A stretch of DNA of 64,000 bases from contig NZ_JMCB01000023.1 in NCBI RefSeq assembly GCF_000737315.1, forward strand, positions 124,001 through 188,000. Direction: 5' to 3'. Both the position numbers and the translations under genes were made by a program. Shown in pieces: positions 48,100 through 60,673 of this stretch. This DNA is from Hyalangium minutum. GTDB lineage: Bacteria; Myxococcota; Myxococcia; Myxococcales; Myxococcaceae. Under the pieces are notes generated by a model. That model was given only the letters and a program-made list of their open reading frames with translations. It ran no database searches and had not been told where the DNA came from. Each line of letters begins with the position of its first letter. Positions within the stretch are counted from its first letter, which is position 1.

Positions 48100-49710
48100 T
48101 CAGGAGGCCAGCGCCTGCGGGGGCGGCGCGTGGGCGTCCTCCGCGGGCACGTGGGCCTCCGCGTCCTTCGCCTTGGCCATGCGCTCGTCCAGTTCTGTGG
48201 TGAGGTGCTCAAAAACCTCCTTATTGAGCGTGCCCTGCTGGTAGGCACTAAAGAGGGCGTCCTTCTCCACGATGAGAACGCGGCGGATGGCCTCCTGCTG
48301 CTCCTCCTCGTGGAAGCGGTTGGACTGCTGCTTGAGCGTGGTCAGCTCCTGCTCCACCGCCTGGGCCTTCTGCTGGTAGTCGCGCTCCATGGGCTCCAGC
48401 ACATCCACGGGAATCTCACGCCTGCGGCGCATGGCCTCCAGCGCCGCCAGCGCCGCGTGGATGGCACCCAGCCGGCCCCGGGCCAGCTCATACTGCTCCT
48501 GGTACACGTCCTTGAGACCGGTGATGCCCAGCTTCTTGAGCACCGGCGCCATGGTGAGGCCCTGGAAGATGATGGACAGCACCACCACGCCGAACGTCAT
48601 GTTCACCAGCAGCTCGCGGTGGGCGAAGTCGTCCGGAAGGCCCAGCACCAGCACCATGGACACCGCGCCGCGCAGGCCGCTCCAGGTGAGCACCGCGCTC
48701 CACCTCCACGGCATGCGCTCCGACGTGAGCCGCAGCAAGCCCGACACGCCGTAGACGACCACCGCGCGGCCCAGCACCACCGCCGCGTACGCCAGCAAGA
48801 TGGGCAGCCACGATGCGAGCAGCGACGAGAGCTGCACCTCCAGGCCGATGAGCAGGAACACCACCGAGTTGAGCGCGAACGCCAGATACTCCCAGAAGCT
48901 CTCCACCGCGATGCGCGTCGTGGGCCCCATGCCCTGCTGCGCCGCCCAGTTGCCGCACAGCATGCCGGCCACCACCGTCGCGATGACGCCCGAGTAGTGG
49001 AAGTGCTCCGCCACCACGAAGGACCCGTATGCGGCGATGACCGTGCAGGTGATCTCCACCATGGCGTCCTCCACACGCAGGATGACCTTCCCCACCGCGA
49101 AGCCCACCGCCACGCCGATGAAGGCGCCCATGCCGGCGACCTTGATGAAGTCCAGCACCGCGCTGCCCACCGTGAACTCCTTGCCGCCGACCACGCCCAC
49201 CACCAGCGTGAACAGCACCACGGAGGTGCCGTCATTGAGCAGGCTCTCCCCCTCCACCAGGATGGCCAGCCGCTTGGGCGCCCCCAGGGCCTTGAACAGG
49301 CCCACCACCGCGATGGGGTCCGTGGACACGATGAGCGATGCGAACACCATCGCGTGGATAAGGCCAAAGCCCTCCAGCGCGTTCATCCCCCGCATCACCG
49401 GGGAGAGCAGCAGCGCCGTGAGCCCCATGGACGCCACCACACCCGGAATCGCCAGCGAGGTGATGGCCAGCTTGTTCTTCCAGAACTTGCGGAAGTCGAC
49501 ATGGAAGGCCGCCTCGAACAGCAGGCCCGGCAGGATGACCGCGAACAGCAGCTCCTTCGTCAGGTGTGGCGGCTCGAAGGCTTGCACGATGCCCAGGCCC
49601 AGGCCCGCCAACACCAACGCCACTGTGTACGGAAACTTGAAGTAGCGCGCCGCGATCGCCACCGCCGTCGCGATGGAGAAGAGCAGCACGAAGGCCAACT
49701 CGAAATGCAT
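48100..49710 (-). CDS. CPA1 (NhaP-type) Na+/H+ antiporter
   Basis: LPGLLFEAA, STDPIAV, EGESLLNDG, WSGLRGAVS. Confidence 0.93.
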   Translation of the reverse strand: MHFELAFVLLFSIATAVAIAARYFKFPYTVALVLAGLGLGIVQAFEPPHLTKELLFAVILPGLLFEAAFHVDFRKFWKNKLAITSLAIPGVVASMGLTALLLSPVMRGMNALEGFGLIHAMVFASLIVSTDPIAVVGLFKALGAPKRLAILVEGESLLNDGTSVVLFTLVVGVVGGKEFTVGSAVLDFIKVAGMGAFIGVAVGFAVGKVILRVEDAMVEITCTVIAAYGSFVVAEHFHYSGVIATVVAGMLCGNWAAQQGMGPTTRIAVESFWEYLAFALNSVVFLLIGLEVQLSSLLASWLPILLAYAAVVLGRAVVVYGVSGLLRLTSERMPWRWSAVLTWSGLRGAVSMVLVLGLPDDFAHRELLVNMTFGVVVLSIIFQGLTMAPVLKKLGITGLKDVYQEQYELARGRLGAIHAALAALEAMRRRREIPVDVLEPMERDYQQKAQAVEQELTTLKQQSNRFHEEEQQEAIRRVLIVEKDALFSAYQQGTLNKEVFEHLTTELDERMAKAKDAEAHVPAEDAHAPPPQALAS

Positions 49711-49788
49711 GGTGCCCCAATCTGGTTTGAACTCAAAGAGCACCAGAATGCCATGCGCGACGGGCGGTGGGGCAACCCCCTCCGGATG

Positions 49789-49830
49789 AAAAAAAGGGAC
49801 GGGCCCCGCTGTCTAGAGGGCCCAGCCTTC
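49789..49830 (-). terminator. Intrinsic terminator after arsC
   Basis: GGGCCC/GGGCCC stem followed on the minus strand by a T7 tract. Confidence 0.55.
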
Positions 49831-50220
49831 GCGCTCCAAGAGCTTCGCGACACGGGTCCGCACGTCATCGCGGATGCGGCGCACTTGCTCGACAGGCTTT
49901 CCCTTGGGGTCCTCCAGCGGCCAGTCGTCGCGCTTCAGGCCCGGCACAGAGGGACACGCGTCCCCACAGCCCAGGGTGATCAACCACTGAGCCCCCTGCG
50001 CCAGCTCGTCCGTGAGCTTCTGGGGCTTCGTGCCCGACAGATCGATCCCCAGCTCGCCCATCGCCGCCTGGACTTCAGGGTGGACGCGCTCACCGGGCTG
50101 CGTTCCCGCGGAGACGGCCCTCGCCTTCTGGGAATCGGCCAGCGCGTTGAAGAACGACGCCGCCATCTGCGAGCGCCCCGCGTTGTGCACGCACGCGAAG
50201 ATGACCGTCTTCACCGTCAC
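49813..50220 (-). CDS. arsC: Arsenate reductase, LMW-PTP/thioredoxin-coupled type
   Basis: FACVHNAGRSQMA P-loop; GCGDACP redox Cys pair; DWPLEDP. Confidence 0.88.
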   Translation of the reverse strand: MTVKTVIFACVHNAGRSQMAASFFNALADSQKARAVSAGTQPGERVHPEVQAAMGELGIDLSGTKPQKLTDELAQGAQWLITLGCGDACPSVPGLKRDDWPLEDPKGKPVEQVRRIRDDVRTRVAKLLEREGWAL

Positions 50221-50597
50221 GGAGTGCCCGGAGGCTTCGTGTCCGCCGGCTTCGCCTCACCGGGCTTCGCTTCCTTCTTCGCGAACTTCATCAGCAGCCG
50301 CTCCACCGGGCGCCCGCCGATGAGGTGCTCCTCGACGATGACGGGCACGTCCTCCAGCTTCACGCCGCCGTACCACACCCCCTCGGGGTACACGACGACC
50401 GACGGCCCGAACGCACAGGTGTCCAGACACCCTGCCGCGTTCGCCCGCATCGTCCCCTTGATGCCGCGCTTGTCCAGCTCGGTCTTGAAGGCCGCCCGGA
50501 TCTCCTCGCTGCCCTTGGTGGCGCAGTCCCCCTTGGGGTGACCGTCCGGGCGACGGTTCGTACACACGAAGATGTGGCGCTGGAAGGGAGGTGCCAT
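50217..50597 (-). CDS. Thioredoxin-like [2Fe-2S] ferredoxin
   Basis: HIFVCTN...C...GCLDTC..GPSVVVYPEGVWY. Confidence 0.93.
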   Translation of the reverse strand: MAPPFQRHIFVCTNRRPDGHPKGDCATKGSEEIRAAFKTELDKRGIKGTMRANAAGCLDTCAFGPSVVVYPEGVWYGGVKLEDVPVIVEEHLIGGRPVERLLMKFAKKEAKPGEAKPADTKPPGTP

Positions 50598-50893
50598 GAC
50601 GTCCTCCTCCTAACGTAGGCCTTGCCCGAAAGCGACCACCGCGCGCGCAAGCCCCCTCCCCATTCGCAGCCGGGGGACTAGGCAACCCATCGGGTCGTGA
50701 CCAGACTCCCAGCAAATATCACTGGGTGATCAGTCTGATATCCATAGTGTGACCATACATGACGTGTCATATAAGGACTTCCCATGCGACGCACCTTGAC
50801 GTTTTTTGTCAGTCGGGGCTACAAACGCGCCCCCTGCTCGCCCCGGCCGGTCCCTGGCCAGCCGAGCGTCGCAGGCGGATAACCAGGTAACGC

Positions 50894-50940
50894 CCCCCAT
50901 CCATAGGGTGTGGGATAGCGAGGGATACAGGATATGGGGT
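50894..50940 (+). promoter_or_regulatory. Tandem NrdR boxes upstream of nrdJ
   Basis: CCCCCATCCATAGGGT (50894) and ATACAGGATATGGGGT (50925), 31 bp apart, resembling consensus ACACTATATATAGTGT. Confidence 0.7.
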
Positions 50941-51149
50941 TCGCAGTTCGAACCGGGTGGGTCTTCCGCGCGGGCTCCTGTCTCCGCTCTCGGGCGTTGG
51001 TTTTCCGGTCCAGCAGTCCCCTGCTCATCCGCTCGGCGCTGTCTGCCGCTGATCATTGATCCCTCAGGGATCTCGCGGGCTTAGGGACTTTTGCAAAATT
51101 TTGCATCCACACTTTGAGTGAAATCCAGCGCAGCAGCGGAGGACGGTCC

Positions 51150-53927
<2,778 letters not shown>

Positions 53928-53951
53928 GCCGCCCCTGAGCCGTTGAAGTAA

Positions 53952-53987
53952 GGGCTCCGGAGCTTGGCTCCGGGGCCCTTCTGCTTT
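53952..53987. terminator. Hairpin terminator between convergent genes
   Basis: GGGCTCCGGAGC-TTG-GCTCCGGGGCCC then TTCTGCTTT. Confidence 0.75.
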
Positions 53988-56900
53988 CAGGACTTGTGGC
54001 CCGCGTCATCCTTGGACTTGGAGGCCGCCGGTGCTCCGGCCGAGGCCCTCGCGGCCTCTTCGGCCTCGAACGCGGCGAAGGGATCGGCCTCGGGCTCCTG
54101 CGGCGCAGAGAGCGTCGCGGAGTCAGGGAACTCGGGCTCGGCGGAGGAGATCAGCTGATTCCAACTCGACTCCAGCCCTGCTCCTTCCGGCTCGCCCACG
54201 GACACCACCGGTGTCCCCGGGCCCACGCCGAACTTCCCTGTGGCCGTCTGATCCGGCAGCGCGACGCCGTACTTGCTCGGAGGCACCGGCTGCCCTGTCG
54301 CGATCCCGTATTTGGCCGTCGACACGGCGGAATCCACCGCTGCGCTCCCCTGCCCTCCCGGCTTCGTGGGCACCGCGAGCGCAGGATTGCTCTCGACCGG
54401 AGCCTCCAGTTCGGCACGCACGACTCCGAAGATGCCGGTCTTCTCGGGCGCTTCGTCCTCGGGCTCGGCGCCCAGCGGGGGCTCGGGCTCCTTGCTCACG
54501 ATGCCGTACTTGCCCGTCGTCGTGGGCTGCATGCTCGCGATCGAGAACTTCCCTGTGGCCGTCAGATCCGGCGCGGATGCGGGCGCGGGGATCGTGGGGA
54601 TGGGGGCTTCGGGAGCTGCAGGCTCGGCGGAGGCGCTGGGCTCGGCCTTCTGGGCCTCGTCCTCGGGCTTCCACTGCGGCACGAAGTCCCAGGTCGGCGC
54701 CAGCGCGACCTCGTCGTCCGTACTCCCCGTCTCCTTGAGCTGCGGTGCCTCCGAGGTGTCGAGCTCGAGCCCTCGTTCGGTGCTCGGAGGCGCCTCGGGC
54801 TCATGGCCCGTCTGGGCCATGGACATGAACTCCCAGGTCGCCGCGAGCTGCATGGGCTCCTCGGGAGCCGGGGGCAGCTCGCCCAGATCGATCGGAGCCC
54901 TCGGCGCCTGCGCGACCTGCTCTCCGACCTTCGCGACCTGCGCCTCCGCGACCACCTCTTCCGCCGGCATGACCCGCGCTTCCGCAGGTACCTCCTCGGC
55001 CGGCGCGGAGACCTTCGCGGCAGGAGCAACCCGCTCCTGAGGCGGTGCGGCCCGCTCCTGCGGGGCGATGACAGCGGCGGAAGGTGCTGGCGCTTTCTCA
55101 GCCACGTCCTTGGCCGGCATGCCTATGTCCAGGGCATCCGCGACATCGAACGGGTTCGGAGGCGGTTCCTCGGACACCGGCTCAGCGGTGAGCACGGGCA
55201 GTTCCGCCGACACTGGCTCGGCGGTGAGCACGGGCACTTCCGCGGACACCGGCTCAGGCGTCAGCACGGGCGCTTCCGCAGACACCGGCTCGAGGGAGAG
55301 CACAGGCGCTTCCGCGGATACCGGCTCGGCCGTCAGCACAGGCACTTCCGCGGACACCGGCTCGGCCGTCAGCACAGGCACTTCCGCGGACACCGGCTCG
55401 GCCGTCAGCACAGGCACTTCCGCGGACACCGGCTCGGGGGAGAGCACGGGGGCTTCCGCGGACATCGGCTCAGCCGTGAGCACGGGCAGTTCCGCTGACA
55501 CTGGCTCGGCGGTGAGCACAGGCACTTCTGCGGACACCGGCTCAGCCATCAGCAGCGGCGCTTCCTCGGACGCTGGCTCGGCGGTGAGCACGGGCAGTTC
55601 CGCCGACACCGGCTCGGCGGTGAGCACAGGCACTTCCGCAGACACCGGCTCGGCCGTCAGCACCGGCGCTTCCGCAGACACCTCTTCGTCCAGCGAGACG
55701 GGCAGCTCTTCGGCAACCTCTTCGATCGGCTCGAGGGCCTCGGCCTCTGCGTCGGCCACTTGCGAGGGCTTCTCGGACTGAGGCCCTGCCTCCTGGGCCG
55801 CAGCCTTCTCCACCGCCTCCTCGGACTTCAGCGGAGACATGTCCCAGTCATCGGGAACAGGAGGCACTGTGGTGGCCTTCTCTTCGATCTTGCCGAGCTC
55901 CGGCTCGGGCTCGAAGACGTCCTCAACGTCGACGGGCTCGCTCTCCTCGGAGGGAGCCAGTTCCTCCAGCGAGGCGGCTTCATCGACCGCGATCTCCACG
56001 GCAGCCGAGGCGTCCGCCTGCTCCGCGTCGTGGGCTCCCGCCTTCGCCGCCCCAGGAGCGCCAGCTTGCGCGGAAGCACCCGAGACTGCGGGAATCATGG
56101 AGGGAGCCTGCGCACCGGGCCGCTGCGCGGATGTGCCGGCAGGAGTCATACCGGGAGGAACCGCGACCGCAGCCTGCTGCCCCGGGAGCCCCGCGATGGA
56201 AGGCAGCGTGGGGGGACGCGCACTGGCGGACGGCGCGCTGGGGACCGGAATCGGAGGACGCGTGCCCATCGCCACGGGCGGCACTTCAGGCAGGGACGGC
56301 ACGGGAGGCGCCGGAGGAACCGGCGGGGAGGCCATGGCGGGCGGTGCCCCGACGGCAGGAATGGCCGAGCTGCTGGGGCGCTCACTGCGCGCAACGGCCG
56401 CTACAGGCGGTACCCCAACGGCGGCCCCCCCCGCGCTGCTGGGGCGCTCGCTGCGAGCAGCGGGGGCCACAGCCGGTGCGCCGACGGCGGGCAGAGCCGC
56501 GCTGCTGGGGCGCTCATGGCGAGACGCAGACACGGGATGAGGAGCCGCCTGGGGATGCGCCCCCACGGGAGTTCCTGCAGGGGCTGCCACCCCGGGCGAC
56601 GGTACGGGAACAGGCGGCCGGGTCGCTCCAGGCGGCATCGTCGGCATGGGAGGCCCAGCCACCGACGCAGGGCTGTGCGCGAACGCCGCGACAGGCGGGC
56701 TCGTCACGGCTGGAATTCCCGCGGACGTGGGCCGTGCGGAGGGAACCGGCGGGGACGCAGGCGGCAAAGGCACTGCAGGGAGTGTCGGAGGCCGCTGCAC
56801 CGCGACCTGGGGCGCCCGAGGAATCGCACCGGGGACGGCGCCCTGGGCCGCTCCAGCGGGAGGCGGCTGAGGCGCCAGCGTGTGCGGAGCTCCTGTCGCC

Positions 56901-59131
56901 TGAGGACGAGGCGCCGCCTGAGCCCCATGGGGTGCCTGCGCGATCGGCGCGGGCGCATGCTGCACCCCCGGAGGCATCGGGACATGCGGCCCCCCTGCCG
57001 GGGCGGGATGAGCACCCGGAGGCACAGGGACAGGATGGGCTCCCGGCTGCGCCGGATAGGTCCCCGACGGCGCTGCGGCGTGGGGGATTCCCGACTGCGT
57101 GGGATGGACCCCTGGCGCCCCGGCGGCGCGAGGCGCTCCGGCCTGCGCAGGATGAGTTCCCGGAGGAACTGCAGCGGGGTGTGCACCGGTCTGAGGCGGA
57201 TGAGCCGCCGGTACCGGAGCGTGGGTTCCCGGCTGGGCCGGATGCGTTCCCGATGGCGCTGGAACGGGATGAGCACCCGCCTGCGCCGGATGAACTCCCG
57301 ACGGCGCTGAGACGGGATGCGCTCCGGCCTGAGCTGGATGCGTTCCCGGCAGAGCCTGGGGCGCTGGCATCTGCGCATGGGGCGCGCCGGGAGGCACTCC
57401 CGCCAGCGTCGGCCGGGCCGGCTGAGCACCCGCAGGAGGAGGGGCCTGTGGCGGCCGCGCACCCGGCGGAACAGGAGCGACTGTATGGAACTGCCCAGGC
57501 ATGGGCACGGCCGTCGGAGGCCGAGGAGCCGCTGCGGCAGGTGGTTGAGGCCCCGCAGCCACGGGCGCCCTCGGAAGCTGCCCGGCGGGGGCAGCGGGCG
57601 GAGCCGCGGGGTGCAGCCCCGGGCCTGTTCCCGTCAACGTCGGAGGCCCCGGGCGGGCTCCAGGGGCCTGCGGGTGAGCCGCCATGACGGGAGCGGTGCC
57701 TGCGATCGGCATCTGCGCGTGGGCAGGAGGAACAGGAGCCATCGTCGGCGATGACCCCGTCCCCGTACGAGCCCCCATCACGGGAGGAGAACCCGCCCCC
57801 GGCACTGCACCCGCCGGAGGCTGCCCCGCAGCTGAGGGATGCGTGCCTGCGGCAGGATGCGCGCCAGAGGGATGCGCCGCCGCAGGATGCGCTGCGGGCT
57901 GGGCCGCAGGATGCGCTGCGGGCTGGGCCGCAGGATGCGCTGCGGGCTGGGCCGCAGGATGCGCTGCGGGCTGGGCCGCAGGATGCGCCACTGCCGCCGG
58001 ATGCGCCGCCGGATGCATCGCGGGCGCCGTGCTCGGAACCATGGGAGCCCCCTGCGGCGTGCCCTGCTGAGGCATCCCCGGTCGCGACGCCGCGCCGGGC
58101 TGCGCTGCGGCAGCCAACGGCGTCGGAGCATGCGCGGGGCCAGGAGCACTGGGAGCCGCCTGCGGAGCCCCCGTATTGAGCATGGACGCCCAGGCTGCAG
58201 GCGGTAGCCCTGAACGCACGGCCCCCGCTGCCGGAGCCGCCGGGGGAGGAGGCGCTGCGGGCGCACCAGGAGGCCTGGCCTGCATCGGAGCCGGGGGCGC
58301 GGCAGGCGCGGCAGGCGCGGCAGGCATGGCGAGGGCTGCAGGCGCGGCACCCAGAGCATCTTGCTCGTCATCCTCCGCGCTCAGGTACTGCCCAGGCGCG
58401 AGCCCTCCGAGCGATCCAATGCCCTCAGGCAGCTCGAGCGGCTGAACCCCATTGTCATCGGGCGCAGGCTCGTCGGGGAGCGGCGCGTTGTCACTGTCCC
58501 CCGAGTCCTCGCTGAGGAACTGGCCCGGCTCGAGCCCACCGAACATCCCCGCCTTCTGCCCCGCACCGGCCGCGGGAGGCTTGGCAGTCTGCGGACCTCC
58601 CGGAGGCCCCGGGGGCGCCGTCATGGGAGCCCCCGCCGCGTTGCGCGCGCCCGCTCCCGACTTCGTCGCCTCGGGATCCAGCTTGATGTACCGCTCGGGC
58701 CGGACGATGCCGAGGCGCTTCTCCAGGTAGGCGTAGAGCCGCAGCTCGGGGACGACGCACGGAATGACGCGCAGCCCCGTGGTGAAGGAGATCTCATCCA
58801 CCGCGTCCATGTCGAAGGGGCTCGCCATCGCCACCTTGATGCGGCGCCCGTCCACCGCGAGCGGGAACACGTAGTGTTTCTCGATCAGCGCCACCGGGAT
58901 CGTCCCGAGCGTGGCCGACGTCACGGCCTCGAACTCGGCGATGGTCGCCTGCGGATAGCGCATCTGCTCCGCGAGCACCGCGCCCAACGTCTCGATGTCC
59001 AGGTACTCCAACTCGACGAGGTTCGTGCCGAGCCGGCCCCCGTAGATCATCTGGGCCTTCAGGGCTTCGTCGAGCTGCCCTGGGTTGATGAGGCCCTTGC
59101 GGACCAGAAGCGCACCGAGCTTTTCAGCCAT
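53987..59131 (-). CDS. MshEN/T2SSE_N-domain protein with very long Pro/Ala-rich and acidic disordered tail (about 1714 aa)
   Basis: KLGALLVRKGLI...LDEALKAQ.....RLGTNL tandem MshEN motif; no ATPase motifs downstream. Confidence 0.85.
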   Translation of the reverse strand: MAEKLGALLVRKGLINPGQLDEALKAQMIYGGRLGTNLVELEYLDIETLGAVLAEQMRYPQATIAEFEAVTSATLGTIPVALIEKHYVFPLAVDGRRIKVAMASPFDMDAVDEISFTTGLRVIPCVVPELRLYAYLEKRLGIVRPERYIKLDPEATKSGAGARNAAGAPMTAPPGPPGGPQTAKPPAAGAGQKAGMFGGLEPGQFLSEDSGDSDNAPLPDEPAPDDNGVQPLELPEGIGSLGGLAPGQYLSAEDDEQDALGAAPAALAMPAAPAAPAAPPAPMQARPPGAPAAPPPPAAPAAGAVRSGLPPAAWASMLNTGAPQAAPSAPGPAHAPTPLAAAAQPGAASRPGMPQQGTPQGAPMVPSTAPAMHPAAHPAAVAHPAAQPAAHPAAQPAAHPAAQPAAHPAAQPAAHPAAAHPSGAHPAAGTHPSAAGQPPAGAVPGAGSPPVMGARTGTGSSPTMAPVPPAHAQMPIAGTAPVMAAHPQAPGARPGPPTLTGTGPGLHPAAPPAAPAGQLPRAPVAAGPQPPAAAAPRPPTAVPMPGQFHTVAPVPPGARPPQAPPPAGAQPARPTLAGVPPGAPHAQMPAPQALPGTHPAQAGAHPVSAPSGVHPAQAGAHPVPAPSGTHPAQPGTHAPVPAAHPPQTGAHPAAVPPGTHPAQAGAPRAAGAPGVHPTQSGIPHAAAPSGTYPAQPGAHPVPVPPGAHPAPAGGPHVPMPPGVQHAPAPIAQAPHGAQAAPRPQATGAPHTLAPQPPPAGAAQGAVPGAIPRAPQVAVQRPPTLPAVPLPPASPPVPSARPTSAGIPAVTSPPVAAFAHSPASVAGPPMPTMPPGATRPPVPVPSPGVAAPAGTPVGAHPQAAPHPVSASRHERPSSAALPAVGAPAVAPAARSERPSSAGGAAVGVPPVAAVARSERPSSSAIPAVGAPPAMASPPVPPAPPVPSLPEVPPVAMGTRPPIPVPSAPSASARPPTLPSIAGLPGQQAAVAVPPGMTPAGTSAQRPGAQAPSMIPAVSGASAQAGAPGAAKAGAHDAEQADASAAVEIAVDEAASLEELAPSEESEPVDVEDVFEPEPELGKIEEKATTVPPVPDDWDMSPLKSEEAVEKAAAQEAGPQSEKPSQVADAEAEALEPIEEVAEELPVSLDEEVSAEAPVLTAEPVSAEVPVLTAEPVSAELPVLTAEPASEEAPLLMAEPVSAEVPVLTAEPVSAELPVLTAEPMSAEAPVLSPEPVSAEVPVLTAEPVSAEVPVLTAEPVSAEVPVLTAEPVSAEAPVLSLEPVSAEAPVLTPEPVSAEVPVLTAEPVSAELPVLTAEPVSEEPPPNPFDVADALDIGMPAKDVAEKAPAPSAAVIAPQERAAPPQERVAPAAKVSAPAEEVPAEARVMPAEEVVAEAQVAKVGEQVAQAPRAPIDLGELPPAPEEPMQLAATWEFMSMAQTGHEPEAPPSTERGLELDTSEAPQLKETGSTDDEVALAPTWDFVPQWKPEDEAQKAEPSASAEPAAPEAPIPTIPAPASAPDLTATGKFSIASMQPTTTGKYGIVSKEPEPPLGAEPEDEAPEKTGIFGVVRAELEAPVESNPALAVPTKPGGQGSAAVDSAVSTAKYGIATGQPVPPSKYGVALPDQTATGKFGVGPGTPVVSVGEPEGAGLESSWNQLISSAEPEFPDSATLSAPQEPEADPFAAFEAEEAARASAGAPAASKSKDDAGHKS
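55170..55687 (-). repeat. About 14 x 36-bp coding repeat (EPVSAEVPVLTA)
   Basis: Read directly in DNA and translation. Confidence 0.95.
57891..57986 (-). repeat. 4 perfect 24-bp coding repeats (AAHPAAQP)
   Basis: GCTGCGGGCTGGGCCGCAGGATGC x4. Confidence 0.95.
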
Positions 59132-59278
59132 GGAGGCCGATTCTAGACGCTTCAATGACGATGCGCGGCACTCGTTCGCCTTCGCAGCGCTTCGCCCCTG
59201 ATGCAAAGTTCCAGGTGGCCTGGGACTTCACCGTCTGTCAGAGCGGGCAACGATGACAGTGTGCGCCTGAAAGCGCGC

Positions 59279-60673
59279 TCAGTAAGCGTTCTTCGACAGG
59301 AAGCCGCCCAGGGCGGTGCGCACGAGGATCTTCAGGTCCATCAAGAGCGACCAGTTCTCGATGTAGTACAGGTCGTACTCGATGCGCTTCTGGATGGACG
59401 TCTGTCCGCGCAGGCCGTTGATCTGGGCCCAGCCGGTGATGCCGGCCTTCACCTTGTGGCGCAGGTGGTAGCGAGGAATCTGCCGCTTGAACTCCTCGAT
59501 GAAGACGGGGCGCTCGGGGCGCGGGCCCACGAGGCTCATGTCGCCCACCAGCACATTGAAGAACTGGGGCAGCTCGTCGATGGAGTACTTGCGCAGGAAG
59601 GTACCGATGGGCGTGCGGCGGGTATCCTCGGCACTGGCCATCTTCGCGCCCGAGGCCTCGGCGTCGGTGCGCATGGTGCGGAACTTGAGGATGTGGAACG
59701 TGCGCCCGTCCATCCCCATGCGCTCCTGCTGATAGAGGATGGGGCCGCGGCTGGTGAGCTTCACCATGAGGGCCGTGACCCACATGATGGGCGCCGTCAG
59801 CACGATGGCGACCAGCGAGAAGAGGATGTCGAAGACGCGCTTGCCGACCCGGCTCCAGCCGTCCATGGGATCGCCCTGGAGGCTGATGATGGGCAGGCCG
59901 CCGAACTCCTCGAGCCCGCCGTACAGGGTGATGTACTGGTACAGGTCCGGCACCACCTTCACGTCCACGGTGCGCAGCGCCAGCCGCTCCATGAGGTCCT
60001 TCACCACGAGCTGCTGCTCGAGCGGCAGGGCGATGATGACCTGATCCACGGGCTGCTCATCCAACACGCGCTCGACGTCCTCGATGCGGCCAATGACCGG
60101 AGCGCCGCGCACCTTGCGGCGGGCCTTCTCCAGGTCCTGCGCGAGCACGCCGATCACGCGGAAGCCCAGCTCGCGGTGATCGCGAACGGTCTCCACGACG
60201 CGCCGGCCGAGCTCGCCCTCGCCAATGACGAGAATGGTCTTCAGGTTGAAGCCACGGCGGCGCACCTCGGCGAGCGCGATGCGGAGCACCAGGCGGGTGA
60301 TGGACACGAGCACCAGCGCGTAGCCGAGGAAGAGCGCGAGCGTGAGGCGCGAGTAGCGCTCGCGGGTGAAGTACGTGAGCGCCACGAGGATGAGGGTGGC
60401 GGTGATGGAGGCCTTGAAGACGGCGAACAGCTCGCCAATGTGCGTGCGCGAGCGGTTGGTCGTGTAGAGGTGGCCCTGGTGGAAGGTGATGGGGAAGATG
60501 AAGAGCGCCATCACCAGCGAGACGAGCGTCTCGTCCAGCGGAGGGATGCCATCCGTGATGGGGATGAGGCCGATGAAGCGCGTGGCGTACGCGAGCCCGA
60601 AGGCCACCGCGAGCATGAAGACGTCGGTGGCGATCTTGATGGACGTGTAGAAGCGCTGAAGACGACTGAACAC
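59279..60673 (-). CDS. wbaP: Undecaprenyl-phosphate hexose-1-phosphate transferase (WbaP/WcaJ family)
   Basis: KRVFDI, ILKFRTM, SIDELPQFFNVL.GDMSLVGPRP, KAGITGWAQING, DLYYIENWS. Confidence 0.9.
   Translation of the reverse strand: MFSRLQRFYTSIKIATDVFMLAVAFGLAYATRFIGLIPITDGIPPLDETLVSLVMALFIFPITFHQGHLYTTNRSRTHIGELFAVFKASITATLILVALTYFTRERYSRLTLALFLGYALVLVSITRLVLRIALAEVRRRGFNLKTILVIGEGELGRRVVETVRDHRELGFRVIGVLAQDLEKARRKVRGAPVIGRIEDVERVLDEQPVDQVIIALPLEQQLVVKDLMERLALRTVDVKVVPDLYQYITLYGGLEEFGGLPIISLQGDPMDGWSRVGKRVFDILFSLVAIVLTAPIMWVTALMVKLTSRGPILYQQERMGMDGRTFHILKFRTMRTDAEASGAKMASAEDTRRTPIGTFLRKYSIDELPQFFNVLVGDMSLVGPRPERPVFIEEFKRQIPRYHLRHKVKAGITGWAQINGLRGQTSIQKRIEYDLYYIENWSLLMDLKILVRTALGGFLSKNAY

Noticed and set aside
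50598-51149. Cobalamin riboswitch upstream of nrdJ
   Set aside because: No recognisable B12-box or core consensus by eye; an Rfam covariance search would be decisive
53996-58445. Long plus-strand ORFs (500, 516, 518 aa) opposite the MshEN gene
   Set aside because: Arg/Gly-rich antisense shadows typical of GC-rich repetitive coding DNA; no motifs or RBS
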